Positions 19,966 through 28,830 are shown, numbered from the stretch's first letter. The stretch is 64,000 bases of DNA from Epibacterium sp. (GCA_048263945.1 JBLXDQ010000004.1:229975-293974); one strand, 5' to 3'. Numbers and translations: made by a program. Notes: generated from the letters alone by a model not told the origin.

Positions 19966-21582
19966 ATGAACGCCGTCTACAGCAGGATCACCCCCACCGA
20001 CACCGGCCTGTCGCAGAATAAGGCCGAAATGGAAGCGCTTATTGCCCGAATGAGACGGCTGGAAGCGCGGGCCACCGAGAAGAGCGAGGCCAAAAGACCG
20101 ATTTTTGAAAAACGCGGCCAGCTCTCACCCCGGGACAGGCTGGCCGCGCTTCTGGACCCGGGCCTGCCATTTCTCGAACTCTTCAACATGGCGTCGTATT
20201 TGGTCGATGACCCGGACCCGAAATCCTCGGTTCCTGGTGCCTCGATCATAGCGGGCATCGGCTTTGTCGCCGGTGTGCGGGTGATGGTCTATGTCGATGA
20301 CGCAGGGATCAATGCGGGCGCCATGACCGGTAAGTCGGTGGACAAGGCGCTGGGGGTTCTGGCGATTGCCGAACGCCAGCGGCTGCCCTTTATCCATCTG
20401 ATCGAGAGCGCCGGGGCGGATCTGACGCGCTATTCTGTCGAGCTTTGGGCGCAGGGGGGCGCGATGTTCGCGGGGCTGGCGCGCCTGTCGGCTGCGGGCA
20501 TTCCGGTGGTGTCGGTGTTGCATGGTCCGGCCACGGCGGGCGGGGCCTATCATCCGGGCCTGTCGGACTATGTGATCGGCGTGCGGCGCAAGGGGATGGC
20601 GATGCTGGCCGGGGCCGCATTGGTGCAGGCAGCGACGGGCGAGGAGGCCTCGGATGCGGCGCTGGGCAGTGTCGATATGCATGCGGCGGTCACCGGTCTG
20701 GTTGACTACGTCGCCGAGGATGATGCCGAAGCGTTGGAGGTTGCGCGGGGGGTCCTGAGGGATCTGGATTGGCCGCGCGCAACGCTGCCGCGCCGCGACT
20801 ACACCGCGCCCGCCTATCCGGCGGATGACATCCTGAACGTGGTCCCTGCCGACTATCGCTGCCCCTATGACATGGTCGAATTGGCGCTGCGTCTGGTGGA
20901 TGGCGGCAGCCTGCGAGCGTTCAAGCCGGAATATGGCGCCAGCACCCCCTGTTGGCAGGCGCGCCTCATGGGCCATGCCATCGGCCTTGTTGGCAGCAAC
21001 GGACCTGTGGACCCGGAGGGGGCGGCCAAGACGACGCATTTCCTGCAGCTGATGGAGCAAGCCGGAAATCCGGTGATCTTCCTCAGCAATACCACCGGCC
21101 ATATGGTCGGCACCGAGGCTGAGCGCGCCGGTATGATCAAGGCGGGCGCCAAGCTGATCCAAGTGGTGACCAACCTGCGGGTGCCGAAAATCGCGCTCTA
21201 TGTGGGGGCCAGTTTTGGCGCTGGAAATTACGGCATGTGCGGCTATGGGTTCGGCGCGGATTTCCTCTTTACCTGGCCCAACGCGCGCACCGGCGTGATG
21301 GGCGGCGGGCAGGCGGCCCTGACGCTGGAGCAGGTCGCGCGCCGTGTTGCCCGGCGCCGCGCCATGGAGGTGGACGAGGGCAAGCTGTCGTCCCAGCGAG
21401 AGCGGATCATCGACCATTTCGACGGCCAATCGGACGCGTTCTACACCTCTGGGCGGGCGCTCGACATGGGGATGATCGATCCGCGCGACAGCCGCCGGGT
21501 GATCGGGTTCTGCATCGATACCTGTCTTGAGGGGCGCGCCCGGACCCCAATTTGCAACAGTTTTGGAGTGGGTCGGACATGA
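19966..21582 (+). CDS. Acyl-CoA carboxylase carboxyltransferase (beta) subunit, AtuC/MCC-beta-like
   Basis: RGQLSPRDRL..LLD, ESAGADL, AGGAY, NTTGHMVG and GASFGAGNYGMCG motifs are intact. Confidence 0.9.
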   Translation: MNAVYSRITPTDTGLSQNKAEMEALIARMRRLEARATEKSEAKRPIFEKRGQLSPRDRLAALLDPGLPFLELFNMASYLVDDPDPKSSVPGASIIAGIGFVAGVRVMVYVDDAGINAGAMTGKSVDKALGVLAIAERQRLPFIHLIESAGADLTRYSVELWAQGGAMFAGLARLSAAGIPVVSVLHGPATAGGAYHPGLSDYVIGVRRKGMAMLAGAALVQAATGEEASDAALGSVDMHAAVTGLVDYVAEDDAEALEVARGVLRDLDWPRATLPRRDYTAPAYPADDILNVVPADYRCPYDMVELALRLVDGGSLRAFKPEYGASTPCWQARLMGHAIGLVGSNGPVDPEGAAKTTHFLQLMEQAGNPVIFLSNTTGHMVGTEAERAGMIKAGAKLIQVVTNLRVPKIALYVGASFGAGNYGMCGYGFGADFLFTWPNARTGVMGGGQAALTLEQVARRVARRRAMEVDEGKLSSQRERIIDHFDGQSDAFYTSGRALDMGMIDPRDSRRVIGFCIDTCLEGRARTPICNSFGVGRT

Positions 21583-23627
21583 CAGAAGTTCCAAAAACAC
21601 CAAGGCCGCCGAAAACCGGCCCCTTTACCCGCCTGCTGGTTGCGGATCGAGGGGCGGGGGCGATGCGGATCATCAAAAGCGCGCGGGCCATGGGGCTGAC
21701 CTGCGTGGCGGTCTACACCCGAGCCGATTTCGACAGCCCGCATGTGGCCTTTGCGGATGAGGCGATCTGCATCGGTGATGACAACTATCAGGCGGTCGAT
21801 CGGCTGGTGCAGGCGGCGCGCGACAGCGGCGCACAGGCGGTGCATCCCGGGACCGGCCCGCTGGCCGAGAGCGCAGCCTTTGCCAAGGCCTGCGCCAAGG
21901 CCAAGCTGATCTTTATCGGTGCCTCTGCCGAAACGCTGGCGCAGGTGGGCGACAAGGCGGTGACGCGGCGGGTGCTGACGGCGGCCAAAGTGAGCTGTCT
22001 GCCGGGCTATGACGGTGCGGATCAATCGCTTGAGACGCTCTCGCAAGAAGCGGAGCGGATCGGCTATCCGGTGATGATCAAGTCGGCCTGTGGCACGGAA
22101 GGGCGGGCAATGCGGCTGGTCGAGGGCGCCTATGCCCTTGAAATCGCGTTAAAAGACGCACAGGAAGCCGCCACCGCACAGGTCGGATCGAAAGAGGTGG
22201 TTTTGGAGGCGGCCCCGGATGAGCCCTGCCATATCGAGGTCGCCCTTTTGGCGGATGCGCAGGGCGGGTTGGTGCATCTGGGCGAGCGGGACTGTTCGAT
22301 CCAGCGCCGCAATCAAGCACTGATCGCCGAGGCCCCAGCGCCGGGCTTGAAGCCAAAACAGCGCGACAAGATCCTTGAGACCGCGCTCCTGGCCGCGCGC
22401 ACTGTCGGCTTTGTCGGGGTGGGCAGCGTCGAGTTTCTGCTGGATGGCGAGGGCAAGGCGCATGTGCTGGAGATCACCTCTGGCCTGCAATTTTCCGCCC
22501 GGGCGACCGAGGCGGTCTGCGGTCTTGATCTGGTACAAGAGCAATTGCGCATTGCGCAGGGCGATCCCTTAGGGCGGGAACAGGGGGACATCCGCTTTGA
22601 CGGCTTTGGCATCGCGGCGCGGCTTGCTGCGGAGGATGCGGGCGAAGCCTTTCAGCCGCAGGCCGGGCGTCTGGTCCTGTGGCAGGCAGGCGAGGGTGTT
22701 CAGGCGGAGGTTGGCGTGACCAGCGGACAGGCGATTTCGCCGCTCTATGATCCGGTTCTGGCGCTCTATGCGGCCCAAGGCCATTCGCGCGAGGCGGCGC
22801 GTTTGCGGCTGCGCTGGGCCATGCAGCAAACCTTGGTGCTGGGGCTTGCCACGACGCGGGATCTGCTGGTCGAGATCCTCAGCCATGAGGCCTTTAAGAC
22901 CGCGGCGCTCAATACCGGGTTCCTGCGCGAGCATTTCCCCCGCCCCAGTGCGGGACCGCTGACGACGGCAGAGATCGCGGTGGCGGCCGCGTTGTTCTAT
23001 TGGCGCGAGGCGGATGCTGCGGCGCTGAGCGTGCCGGAGGTGCCAGAAGAGCTGTTGAGTTGGTCGAACCAAGGTGTGCTGTTGCGTCGGATGCGCCTGC
23101 GGGCGACGCTTGGCGGGTTTGATCGGGCGATGGCGGGGCGCGATGGCGTTTTGACCGCCCGGCTGGAGGATCGCGGCGGGCAAGTGCGGGTCTTTATTGG
23201 CGAAATGCTGCATGTGGTGACCCGTAGCGCACAGGGTCAGGTGCTGTTGGACGGGGTGCCGCAAACGCTGCGGGCGCAGATGTTCGAGGGGGCGCAGTTG
23301 CATCTTGCGACAGAGACCCGCGTGCTGTCGCTGATGCTGGAGCCTGTTCGGCGCAACCTTCGGGCCACGCAGGCGCAGGGCGAAATCCTCGCGCCGCTGC
23401 ATGGTCGCCTCAAGGGGCTGCAACGCCGCGAGGGCGATCTGGTGCAGGAGGGCGACCTTTTGATGGTGATCGAGGCGATGAAAATCTCGCATCAGATCCG
23501 CGCGGCCACCACAGGCCGCATCGTGGCCTTGCCGGTGATTGCGGGTGATCAAGTCTCGCGCGGGGATCTTTTGGTGCGGATCGAGGCCACCGAAAGCGCG
23601 CTGGAGGTTACAGCCGAACCCGTGTGA
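21579..23627 (+). CDS. Biotin carboxylase-BT-BCCP (alpha) subunit, AtuF/MCC-alpha-like, with degenerate catalytic motifs
   Basis: Colinear with the BC fold (GDK, GYPVMIK, ERDCSIQRR, VEFL, RLAAED, YDP), but ANRGE reads ADRGA, GGGGRGM reads CGTEGRAM, RRHQK reads RRNQA and EMNTRIQVEH reads EITSGLQFSA. BCCP EAMK is retained at 23472-23483. ATGA-coupled to the beta subunit. Confidence 0.85.
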   Translation: MTEVPKTPRPPKTGPFTRLLVADRGAGAMRIIKSARAMGLTCVAVYTRADFDSPHVAFADEAICIGDDNYQAVDRLVQAARDSGAQAVHPGTGPLAESAAFAKACAKAKLIFIGASAETLAQVGDKAVTRRVLTAAKVSCLPGYDGADQSLETLSQEAERIGYPVMIKSACGTEGRAMRLVEGAYALEIALKDAQEAATAQVGSKEVVLEAAPDEPCHIEVALLADAQGGLVHLGERDCSIQRRNQALIAEAPAPGLKPKQRDKILETALLAARTVGFVGVGSVEFLLDGEGKAHVLEITSGLQFSARATEAVCGLDLVQEQLRIAQGDPLGREQGDIRFDGFGIAARLAAEDAGEAFQPQAGRLVLWQAGEGVQAEVGVTSGQAISPLYDPVLALYAAQGHSREAARLRLRWAMQQTLVLGLATTRDLLVEILSHEAFKTAALNTGFLREHFPRPSAGPLTTAEIAVAAALFYWREADAAALSVPEVPEELLSWSNQGVLLRRMRLRATLGGFDRAMAGRDGVLTARLEDRGGQVRVFIGEMLHVVTRSAQGQVLLDGVPQTLRAQMFEGAQLHLATETRVLSLMLEPVRRNLRATQAQGEILAPLHGRLKGLQRREGDLVQEGDLLMVIEAMKISHQIRAATTGRIVALPVIAGDQVSRGDLLVRIEATESALEVTAEPV

Positions 23628-23705
23628 CTGAGCAATCCGTCACGCCCGCCGTTGCCAAGTCCGCCATGGCTGCCGTAAGCAGAGAGGCGGAAACAGGAGG
23701 CGCTT

Positions 23706-24356
23706 ATGGCCGGGCAGACAGACACGCTGATCGCGGCGATCCTTGAGGATATCGACGCAGGTCGCCTTGCGCCGGGGCAAGAGATTGACGAGACCGCGCT
23801 GGCCGCGCGTCATGGTGTCTCGCGCACGCCGATCCGCGAGGCCTATATCCAGCTTGAAGCCTCCGGTCTGATCCGCCGCCTGCCAAGGAAAGGCGCGGTG
23901 CTATTCAAGCCGAGCCTTGAGGAATTCCTCGCCATCCAAGAGGTCCACGCCCGGCTTGAGGGGCAGGCGGCCGGCCTTGCCGCCCGGCGCATCTCGCCCG
24001 AGTTGCGCGCGCGGCTCGAGGCGGCGGTCCTCGCCTGCGAGGCCCATGCGGCAGAGCAGGGCGACGGCGACCCGGATGGCTATTACCAAAAGAACCTTCG
24101 CTTTCACGAGGCGGTGGCCTTGGGGGCCGGCAATCCGGTGCTTTTGGAGATGATCAAGACCAATGCGCGCAAGCTGATGGCCTATTACCGCGCCCGCTAC
24201 CGCTATCCCGGCGCCATTGCGCAATCGGCGCTGGAGCATCGGGCGATTGCTGACCTGATCCTGACCCATGACCGCGACGGCGCCGAGGCCACGATGGAGG
24301 CGCATGTGCTGTTTGATCAGGTCACGGTGATGGACCTCTTGGCGGCGCTGGGTTAG
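23706..24356 (+). CDS. GntR-family regulator (FCD domain)
   Basis: GRLAPGQEIDETALAARHGVSRTPIREA wHTH; FHEAVALGAGNPVL and EHRAIADLI FCD motifs. Confidence 0.9.
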   Translation: MAGQTDTLIAAILEDIDAGRLAPGQEIDETALAARHGVSRTPIREAYIQLEASGLIRRLPRKGAVLFKPSLEEFLAIQEVHARLEGQAAGLAARRISPELRARLEAAVLACEAHAAEQGDGDPDGYYQKNLRFHEAVALGAGNPVLLEMIKTNARKLMAYYRARYRYPGAIAQSALEHRAIADLILTHDRDGAEATMEAHVLFDQVTVMDLLAALG

Positions 24357-25054
24357 CGGGCTTCAAAAAACCGCGCGATGGCCTCAGCCAAGGCGGGCTG
24401 GTCGGCGGGCTCCTCTAGGGTTGCGATGGCGCGGGCGTAGACCTCTGGCCCCAGCTCGGCGCGCATCTCCTCGGTCAGGGCACAGATGAAGGCGTGGGTC
24501 ATCTCCGGGTGGTGCTGGGTGGTGGCGATATGGTCGCCAAGGGTGAAGCCGGTGTTGACCTCCGCCCGTGTCATCAGGGGCAGGGCGCCTGCGGGCAGGT
24601 CGCGCACATATTCCACATGGGAGCCGTAGATCGAGACCACATCCGGCAGGTCACGCGCCCAATCCGGGCGGGCGAGAAGGTGATTCTCGGTCCGGCCATG
24701 CACCCAACCGCCGGGCAGGTTATCGACGCTCCCGCCCAAGGCCAGCGCAATCGCCTGATGGCCGAAACAACAGCCAAACAGCGGCAGTTTCCGCGCGTGC
24801 ATCTGGCGTATCAGCTCCAAAAGCTGCACCACCCAAGCCGCGCCAGAGCGGGTGGAGGCCGGGCTGCCGGTGATCATCACCCCATCGTAAGCACTTATAT
24901 CCAGAGGGAATTCGCCATCCTTCACCGCATAGACCGTGGTGCGCCAATCGGGGCGCGCCATCTGCAACAGGGCGGTGAATTTTTCGCCATCCTTGGGATG
25001 CGCCTCAGCAAAGGCGCTCTCGTCGGTATTGGTCATCAAAATGGCGATGTGCAT
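24353..25054 (-). CDS. Class I glutamine amidotransferase-like protein (candidate gamma-glutamyl-amide hydrolase)
   Basis: ITGSP oxyanion strand, GCCFGHQ nucleophile elbow, TQHHPE His-Glu; start MHIAIL at 25054. Confidence 0.85.
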   Translation of the reverse strand: MHIAILMTNTDESAFAEAHPKDGEKFTALLQMARPDWRTTVYAVKDGEFPLDISAYDGVMITGSPASTRSGAAWVVQLLELIRQMHARKLPLFGCCFGHQAIALALGGSVDNLPGGWVHGRTENHLLARPDWARDLPDVVSIYGSHVEYVRDLPAGALPLMTRAEVNTGFTLGDHIATTQHHPEMTHAFICALTEEMRAELGPEVYARAIATLEEPADQPALAEAIARFFEAR

Positions 25055-25090
25055 ATTTAGGCTTTCCATAAACATAAATCAGGTGCTTAA

Positions 25091-25100
25091 TAGTATACAT
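25091..25100. promoter_or_regulatory. Candidate GntR/FadR-type operator in the GATase/P450 divergent promoter
   Basis: TAGTATACAT (palindromic GTATAC core) in a 73 bp AT-rich gap. Confidence 0.35.
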
Positions 25101-25127
25101 GTGAAGCAGTTCAAAGGAAGCCCCGCG

Positions 25128-26387
25128 ATGACGATCTGGACCCCGAGTGACGATGGTTTTGCGGATCTGTCGAGCCACGACACCTTTGCCAAGGGCGCGC
25201 CGCATAACACCTTTGCCCGGCTGCGCCGCGAGGACCCGCTGCATTGGACCGAATATGCGGATGGGCAGAATTTCTGGTCGGTGACCCGCTACGAGGACAT
25301 CACCCAGATGAACAAGAACACTGAGGTGTTTTCCTCCGCGCGCGGCATTCGGATGGAGGATCAAACCTACGAGGAATACCTCGCGCGGCGCACCTTTCAG
25401 GAGACCGATCCGCCGGAGCATTCCCAAGTGCGGATGAAGCTGCTGAAGGCGTTTTCCAAGACCACAATGGCACAATATGAGGCGGACATCCGCACGCTCT
25501 GCGCCGAGATTTTGGACGCAGCACTGGCCAAGGGAACCTTTGATGCGACCAAAGAGATCGCCCGGCAATTGCCGATGCGGATGCTCGGTCGTGTGGTGGG
25601 CTTGCCCGATGCGGACCTGCCGTGGCTGGTGGAAAAGGGCGATGCGCTGATCGCCAATACGGACCCGGATTTCACCTCCCATGTGCTCGACAAGATGAAC
25701 ACGGACGAGTTCCGCATGATGCCCTTCAACTCGCCCGCCGGGGCGGAATTATACATCTATGCCAAGGAGTTGATGGAGGCGAAGGCGCGGGCGGGCGATA
25801 CTTCGGGCGTGCTCAACCTGATACTCGAGCCTGCCAAGGATGGCTCCACCATCACCGAAACCGAGTTCCGCAATTTCTTCTGCCTTCTGGTGGCCGCGGG
25901 CAATGACACCACGCGCTATTCCATCGCGGCGGGGCTACAAGCCCTGTGTCATCAGCCGGAACTGTTGGCGCAGATGCAGGCGGGCGGCGCGGTCTGGGAG
26001 ACGGCGGCGGATGAGATCATCCGCTGGGCAACGCCCGCGCTCTATTTCCGCCGCACCGCGACGCGCGATGTGGAGATGCACGGCAAGACGATCCGCGAAG
26101 GCGATAAGGTGCTCTATTGGTTCATCTCCGCCAACCGCGACGAGAGCTATTTTGACGACCCCTTCCGGGTGAACCTGATGCGCAGTCCCAACCGGCATCT
26201 GTCCTTTGGCCAGTTTGGCCCGCATGTCTGTCTGGGCATGTGGCTGGCGCGGCTGGAGGTGACGGTGCTGTTTCAGGAGCTTGCCAAGCGGATCAAGTCG
26301 ATCTCGCCGGCGGGCGAGCAGAAATTCCTGCGCTCGAACTTCGTCGGCGGCATCAAGGAATTGCCCGTGCGTATCGAGGCCGCTTAG
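25128..26387 (+). CDS. Cytochrome P450
   Basis: Start MTIWTPSDD at 25128; I-helix LLVAAGNDTT, EIIRW (ExxR) and heme motif HLSFGQFGPHVCLG. Confidence 0.95.
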   Translation: MTIWTPSDDGFADLSSHDTFAKGAPHNTFARLRREDPLHWTEYADGQNFWSVTRYEDITQMNKNTEVFSSARGIRMEDQTYEEYLARRTFQETDPPEHSQVRMKLLKAFSKTTMAQYEADIRTLCAEILDAALAKGTFDATKEIARQLPMRMLGRVVGLPDADLPWLVEKGDALIANTDPDFTSHVLDKMNTDEFRMMPFNSPAGAELYIYAKELMEAKARAGDTSGVLNLILEPAKDGSTITETEFRNFFCLLVAAGNDTTRYSIAAGLQALCHQPELLAQMQAGGAVWETAADEIIRWATPALYFRRTATRDVEMHGKTIREGDKVLYWFISANRDESYFDDPFRVNLMRSPNRHLSFGQFGPHVCLGMWLARLEVTVLFQELAKRIKSISPAGEQKFLRSNFVGGIKELPVRIEAA

Positions 26388-26417
26388 GCTGGGTTTGAAC
26401 GGATGAAGACTGGGACT

Positions 26418-26465
26418 CCCGGGCAATTGCCCGGGCAGCGCCCACCCTAGGCTCGGGCGCTGCCC
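26418..26465. repeat. REP-like hairpin element (same head as the paa intergenic copies)
   Basis: CCCGGGCAATTGCCCGGGCAGCGCCC...GGGCGCTGCCC. Confidence 0.6.
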
Positions 26466-26548
26466 TCTCCGAGGTGACGCGCCACAGATGATTAAGGCCA
26501 GCCGCACGGCAAAGATGCGCGCGGCCTCCAACAGGAAAGGAAGACCCG

Positions 26549-27838
26549 ATGAAGCCCCGCCTGCGCGCGCTGTTCTGCGATCATCTCAGCATTCTGCGGG
26601 GGAAATACCTGCCGCATTCCAAGATCGGCGATGGCGATACGCGCTTTTGCCGCTCGGTCTTTGGCACCCATTACGACCGCGATCTGTTGGACGCGCCGGG
26701 GTCCATGGTGAAACAGGGCCTGCCGGATATGGAGCTGCGCTGGCTCGGTGACGAGATCCGCGACAGCTGGCATGCTTCGACCAAGATCGTGCTTGGCGAT
26801 CTCTATGACGATGCGGGCGAGCCTTTGTCCCTGTGTCCGCGCGGCGCCCTGAAGCGCGCGGTGGCGGCCTGGCAGGCCAAGGGGCTGACGCCCAAGGTCG
26901 GGATCGAGCTGGAAGCCTATGCGCTGCAACCGGATGAATACGGGCGGCTGGTGCCCTATGACGCGCCGGGCGGAGTGGTCTATGGCACCGGCCCTTTTGC
27001 TGATCCTTTGCGGTTCAACGACCGGATCTGGGCGATGGCGGATGAGATGGGTTTCTCCCTCGATATGATCACCGCCGAGTTTGACACGCCTCAGTTTGAA
27101 TACACGCTGACCTTTGACGACGCGGTGAAGGCGGTGGACGATATCGTGCTGTTCCGCTTGATGGCGCGGGAGATCGCGCTGGAATATGGCATCGTGCTGA
27201 CCTTTATGCCGAAACCCGTGGCAGGGGGCGGTGGCTCGGGGATGCATGTGAACATGTCCTTCACGGATGAGGCCGGGGGCAATGCGCTCTCCTCTGGGCC
27301 GCGCGGCGGGCCGGAACATATGAACGATCTGGTGCGGGGCTGTCTCGCGGGATTTCTGCATCACCACAAGGGCTTGGCCGGTCTGATCGCGCCGACCGCC
27401 AATAGCTATATGCGGCTGCAACCGGGGAGCCTCTCGGGCTTTTGGCAGAACTGGGGCGGCGATCATCGCAATGTCACCACGCGGATCAGCTCGGAAGGCG
27501 GTGCCAAGGCGCGGCTGGAGCATCGGATGGCGGATGCGTCATCAAACCCCTATACCACCGTGGCGGCTCTGTTGCAGGCAGCGCGGCTCGGGATGGAGCA
27601 GGGCTATGCCTTGCCGCCGATGGAGACCGGCGACGGGTTTGACCGCACGGATACCCGCGAGAGCACCGCGATGACCTTGAAGGGCGCGATTGCTGATCTG
27701 GAAAAGGATACCGCTCTGGCGGAGGCGGTGGGGCGCGAGCTGGTCGCCAACCATGTGTTTATGAAACAGAAAGAGGTCCGCAAGACCCGCGATCTGGAAG
27801 GCGATGCCTTGCGGGATTTCTACGTGCATTTCGTCTGA
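26549..27838 (+). CDS. Glutamine synthetase-like protein (gamma-glutamyl-amine ligase, PuuA/IpuC-like class)
   Basis: GIELEAY, AEF..PQFE, PKP...GSGMH, NSYMRL, WGGDHR and RLEHR.AD..SNPY; 429 aa with a reduced N-domain, unlike housekeeping GlnA. Confidence 0.85.
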   Translation: MKPRLRALFCDHLSILRGKYLPHSKIGDGDTRFCRSVFGTHYDRDLLDAPGSMVKQGLPDMELRWLGDEIRDSWHASTKIVLGDLYDDAGEPLSLCPRGALKRAVAAWQAKGLTPKVGIELEAYALQPDEYGRLVPYDAPGGVVYGTGPFADPLRFNDRIWAMADEMGFSLDMITAEFDTPQFEYTLTFDDAVKAVDDIVLFRLMAREIALEYGIVLTFMPKPVAGGGGSGMHVNMSFTDEAGGNALSSGPRGGPEHMNDLVRGCLAGFLHHHKGLAGLIAPTANSYMRLQPGSLSGFWQNWGGDHRNVTTRISSEGGAKARLEHRMADASSNPYTTVAALLQAARLGMEQGYALPPMETGDGFDRTDTRESTAMTLKGAIADLEKDTALAEAVGRELVANHVFMKQKEVRKTRDLEGDALRDFYVHFV

Positions 27839-27952
27839 TCCCGGCCACAGGCTGACCCTGTTGCGCGCGCCTCAACCGGCGCGCGCTTGCGTTTTGGGCG
27901 GCGGCTGCGTCAGAGTGGAGAAAAGCCCTCAGTAGAGCAAAGAGCAGCACAA

Positions 27953-28690
27953 ATGGCCGAGACAGAGCAGGACAGCGGCGCCCCCCGCATGGAATTGAGC
28001 GAAGAGGTCGCGGCGGTCTGCCTCGGCCTCAAGGTGCCGCAGTCGCCCTTTTTGAACGCAAACCGGATCCAGCGGATCGAGGCGGCGCGCTACGAGGGGC
28101 AGGAGATCAAAGGGGCCTTGCATGTGGTGCAGGCAAGCGACCGGGTGCTTGAAGTCGGCGCCGGGATCGGCGTGGTGAGCGGCGTGGTGGCGCTGAACGC
28201 CAAGCCGGAAAAGGTGCTGTCCTTTGAGGCCAATCCAGGCTTGGTGCCGACGATCCAGATGCTGCATAAGATCAACGGGTTGGAGGGGCGGATCGAGCTG
28301 CGCAACCAGGTGCTCTATGCGGGCGAGGGGCGACCGGAGACGATGCCCTTTTATGTGCATGAAAGCTACCTCGGCTCTTCGCTAATCGAGCGTAAGGGGC
28401 GATCCGCGCAAACCGTTGACGTGCCGACCGCAGCGATGGAAGAGGTGATCGCCGAGCTGAACCCCACCGTGCTGATTATGGATATCGAGGGCGGCGAGCT
28501 GGCGCTTTTGGAGGTGATGCCGCTTGATCCCTTCCGCGCCATCGTGATCGAGTTTCACCCCGGCGCCTATGAGGTCGCGGGGATGCGCCGCTGCAAGACG
28601 ATCCTGCGCGAGGCGGGGTTTCAGAAGGTGGAGGAGGTCTCCACCCGCAATGTCTGGACCTGTGTGCGGGGTGAAGGGGCCACTTCTTAA
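27953..28690 (+). CDS. FkbM-family SAM-dependent methyltransferase
   Basis: VLEVGAGIG, SFEANP and LIMDIEGGE motifs; ATG at 27953. Confidence 0.8.
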   Translation: MAETEQDSGAPRMELSEEVAAVCLGLKVPQSPFLNANRIQRIEAARYEGQEIKGALHVVQASDRVLEVGAGIGVVSGVVALNAKPEKVLSFEANPGLVPTIQMLHKINGLEGRIELRNQVLYAGEGRPETMPFYVHESYLGSSLIERKGRSAQTVDVPTAAMEEVIAELNPTVLIMDIEGGELALLEVMPLDPFRAIVIEFHPGAYEVAGMRRCKTILREAGFQKVEEVSTRNVWTCVRGEGATS

Positions 28691-28703
28691 GCGACAAGCG
28701 GGA

Positions 28704-28830
28704 CCGCGCCGCGTCAGCGGCGCCACCGAAGGACGCGCGCCCGAAGCCTTTGGCTTCGGGCGCGCTTTGCTTCTGGTAGCCTGCGGCCCCCGGAGCGGTG
28801 GCCACAGGCACCCGCGCTCCGCCGCAAATG
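28704..28830. repeat. REP-like multi-hairpin element between convergent genes
   Basis: GCGCCGC-GTCA-GCGGCGC and GCGCGCCCGAAGCC-TTT-GGCTTCGGGCGCGC hairpins. Confidence 0.55.

Noticed and set aside
21579-23627. Calling the degenerate biotin carboxylase a pseudogene
   Set aside because: No frameshift or internal stop, coupling to the upstream gene is intact, and the structural motifs and biotinyl lysine are retained; kept as a CDS.
26549-27838. GS-like gene as housekeeping glnA
   Set aside because: The shortened divergent N-terminus, altered motifs (GGSGMH, WGGDHR) and catabolic context point to the gamma-glutamyl-amine ligase class.
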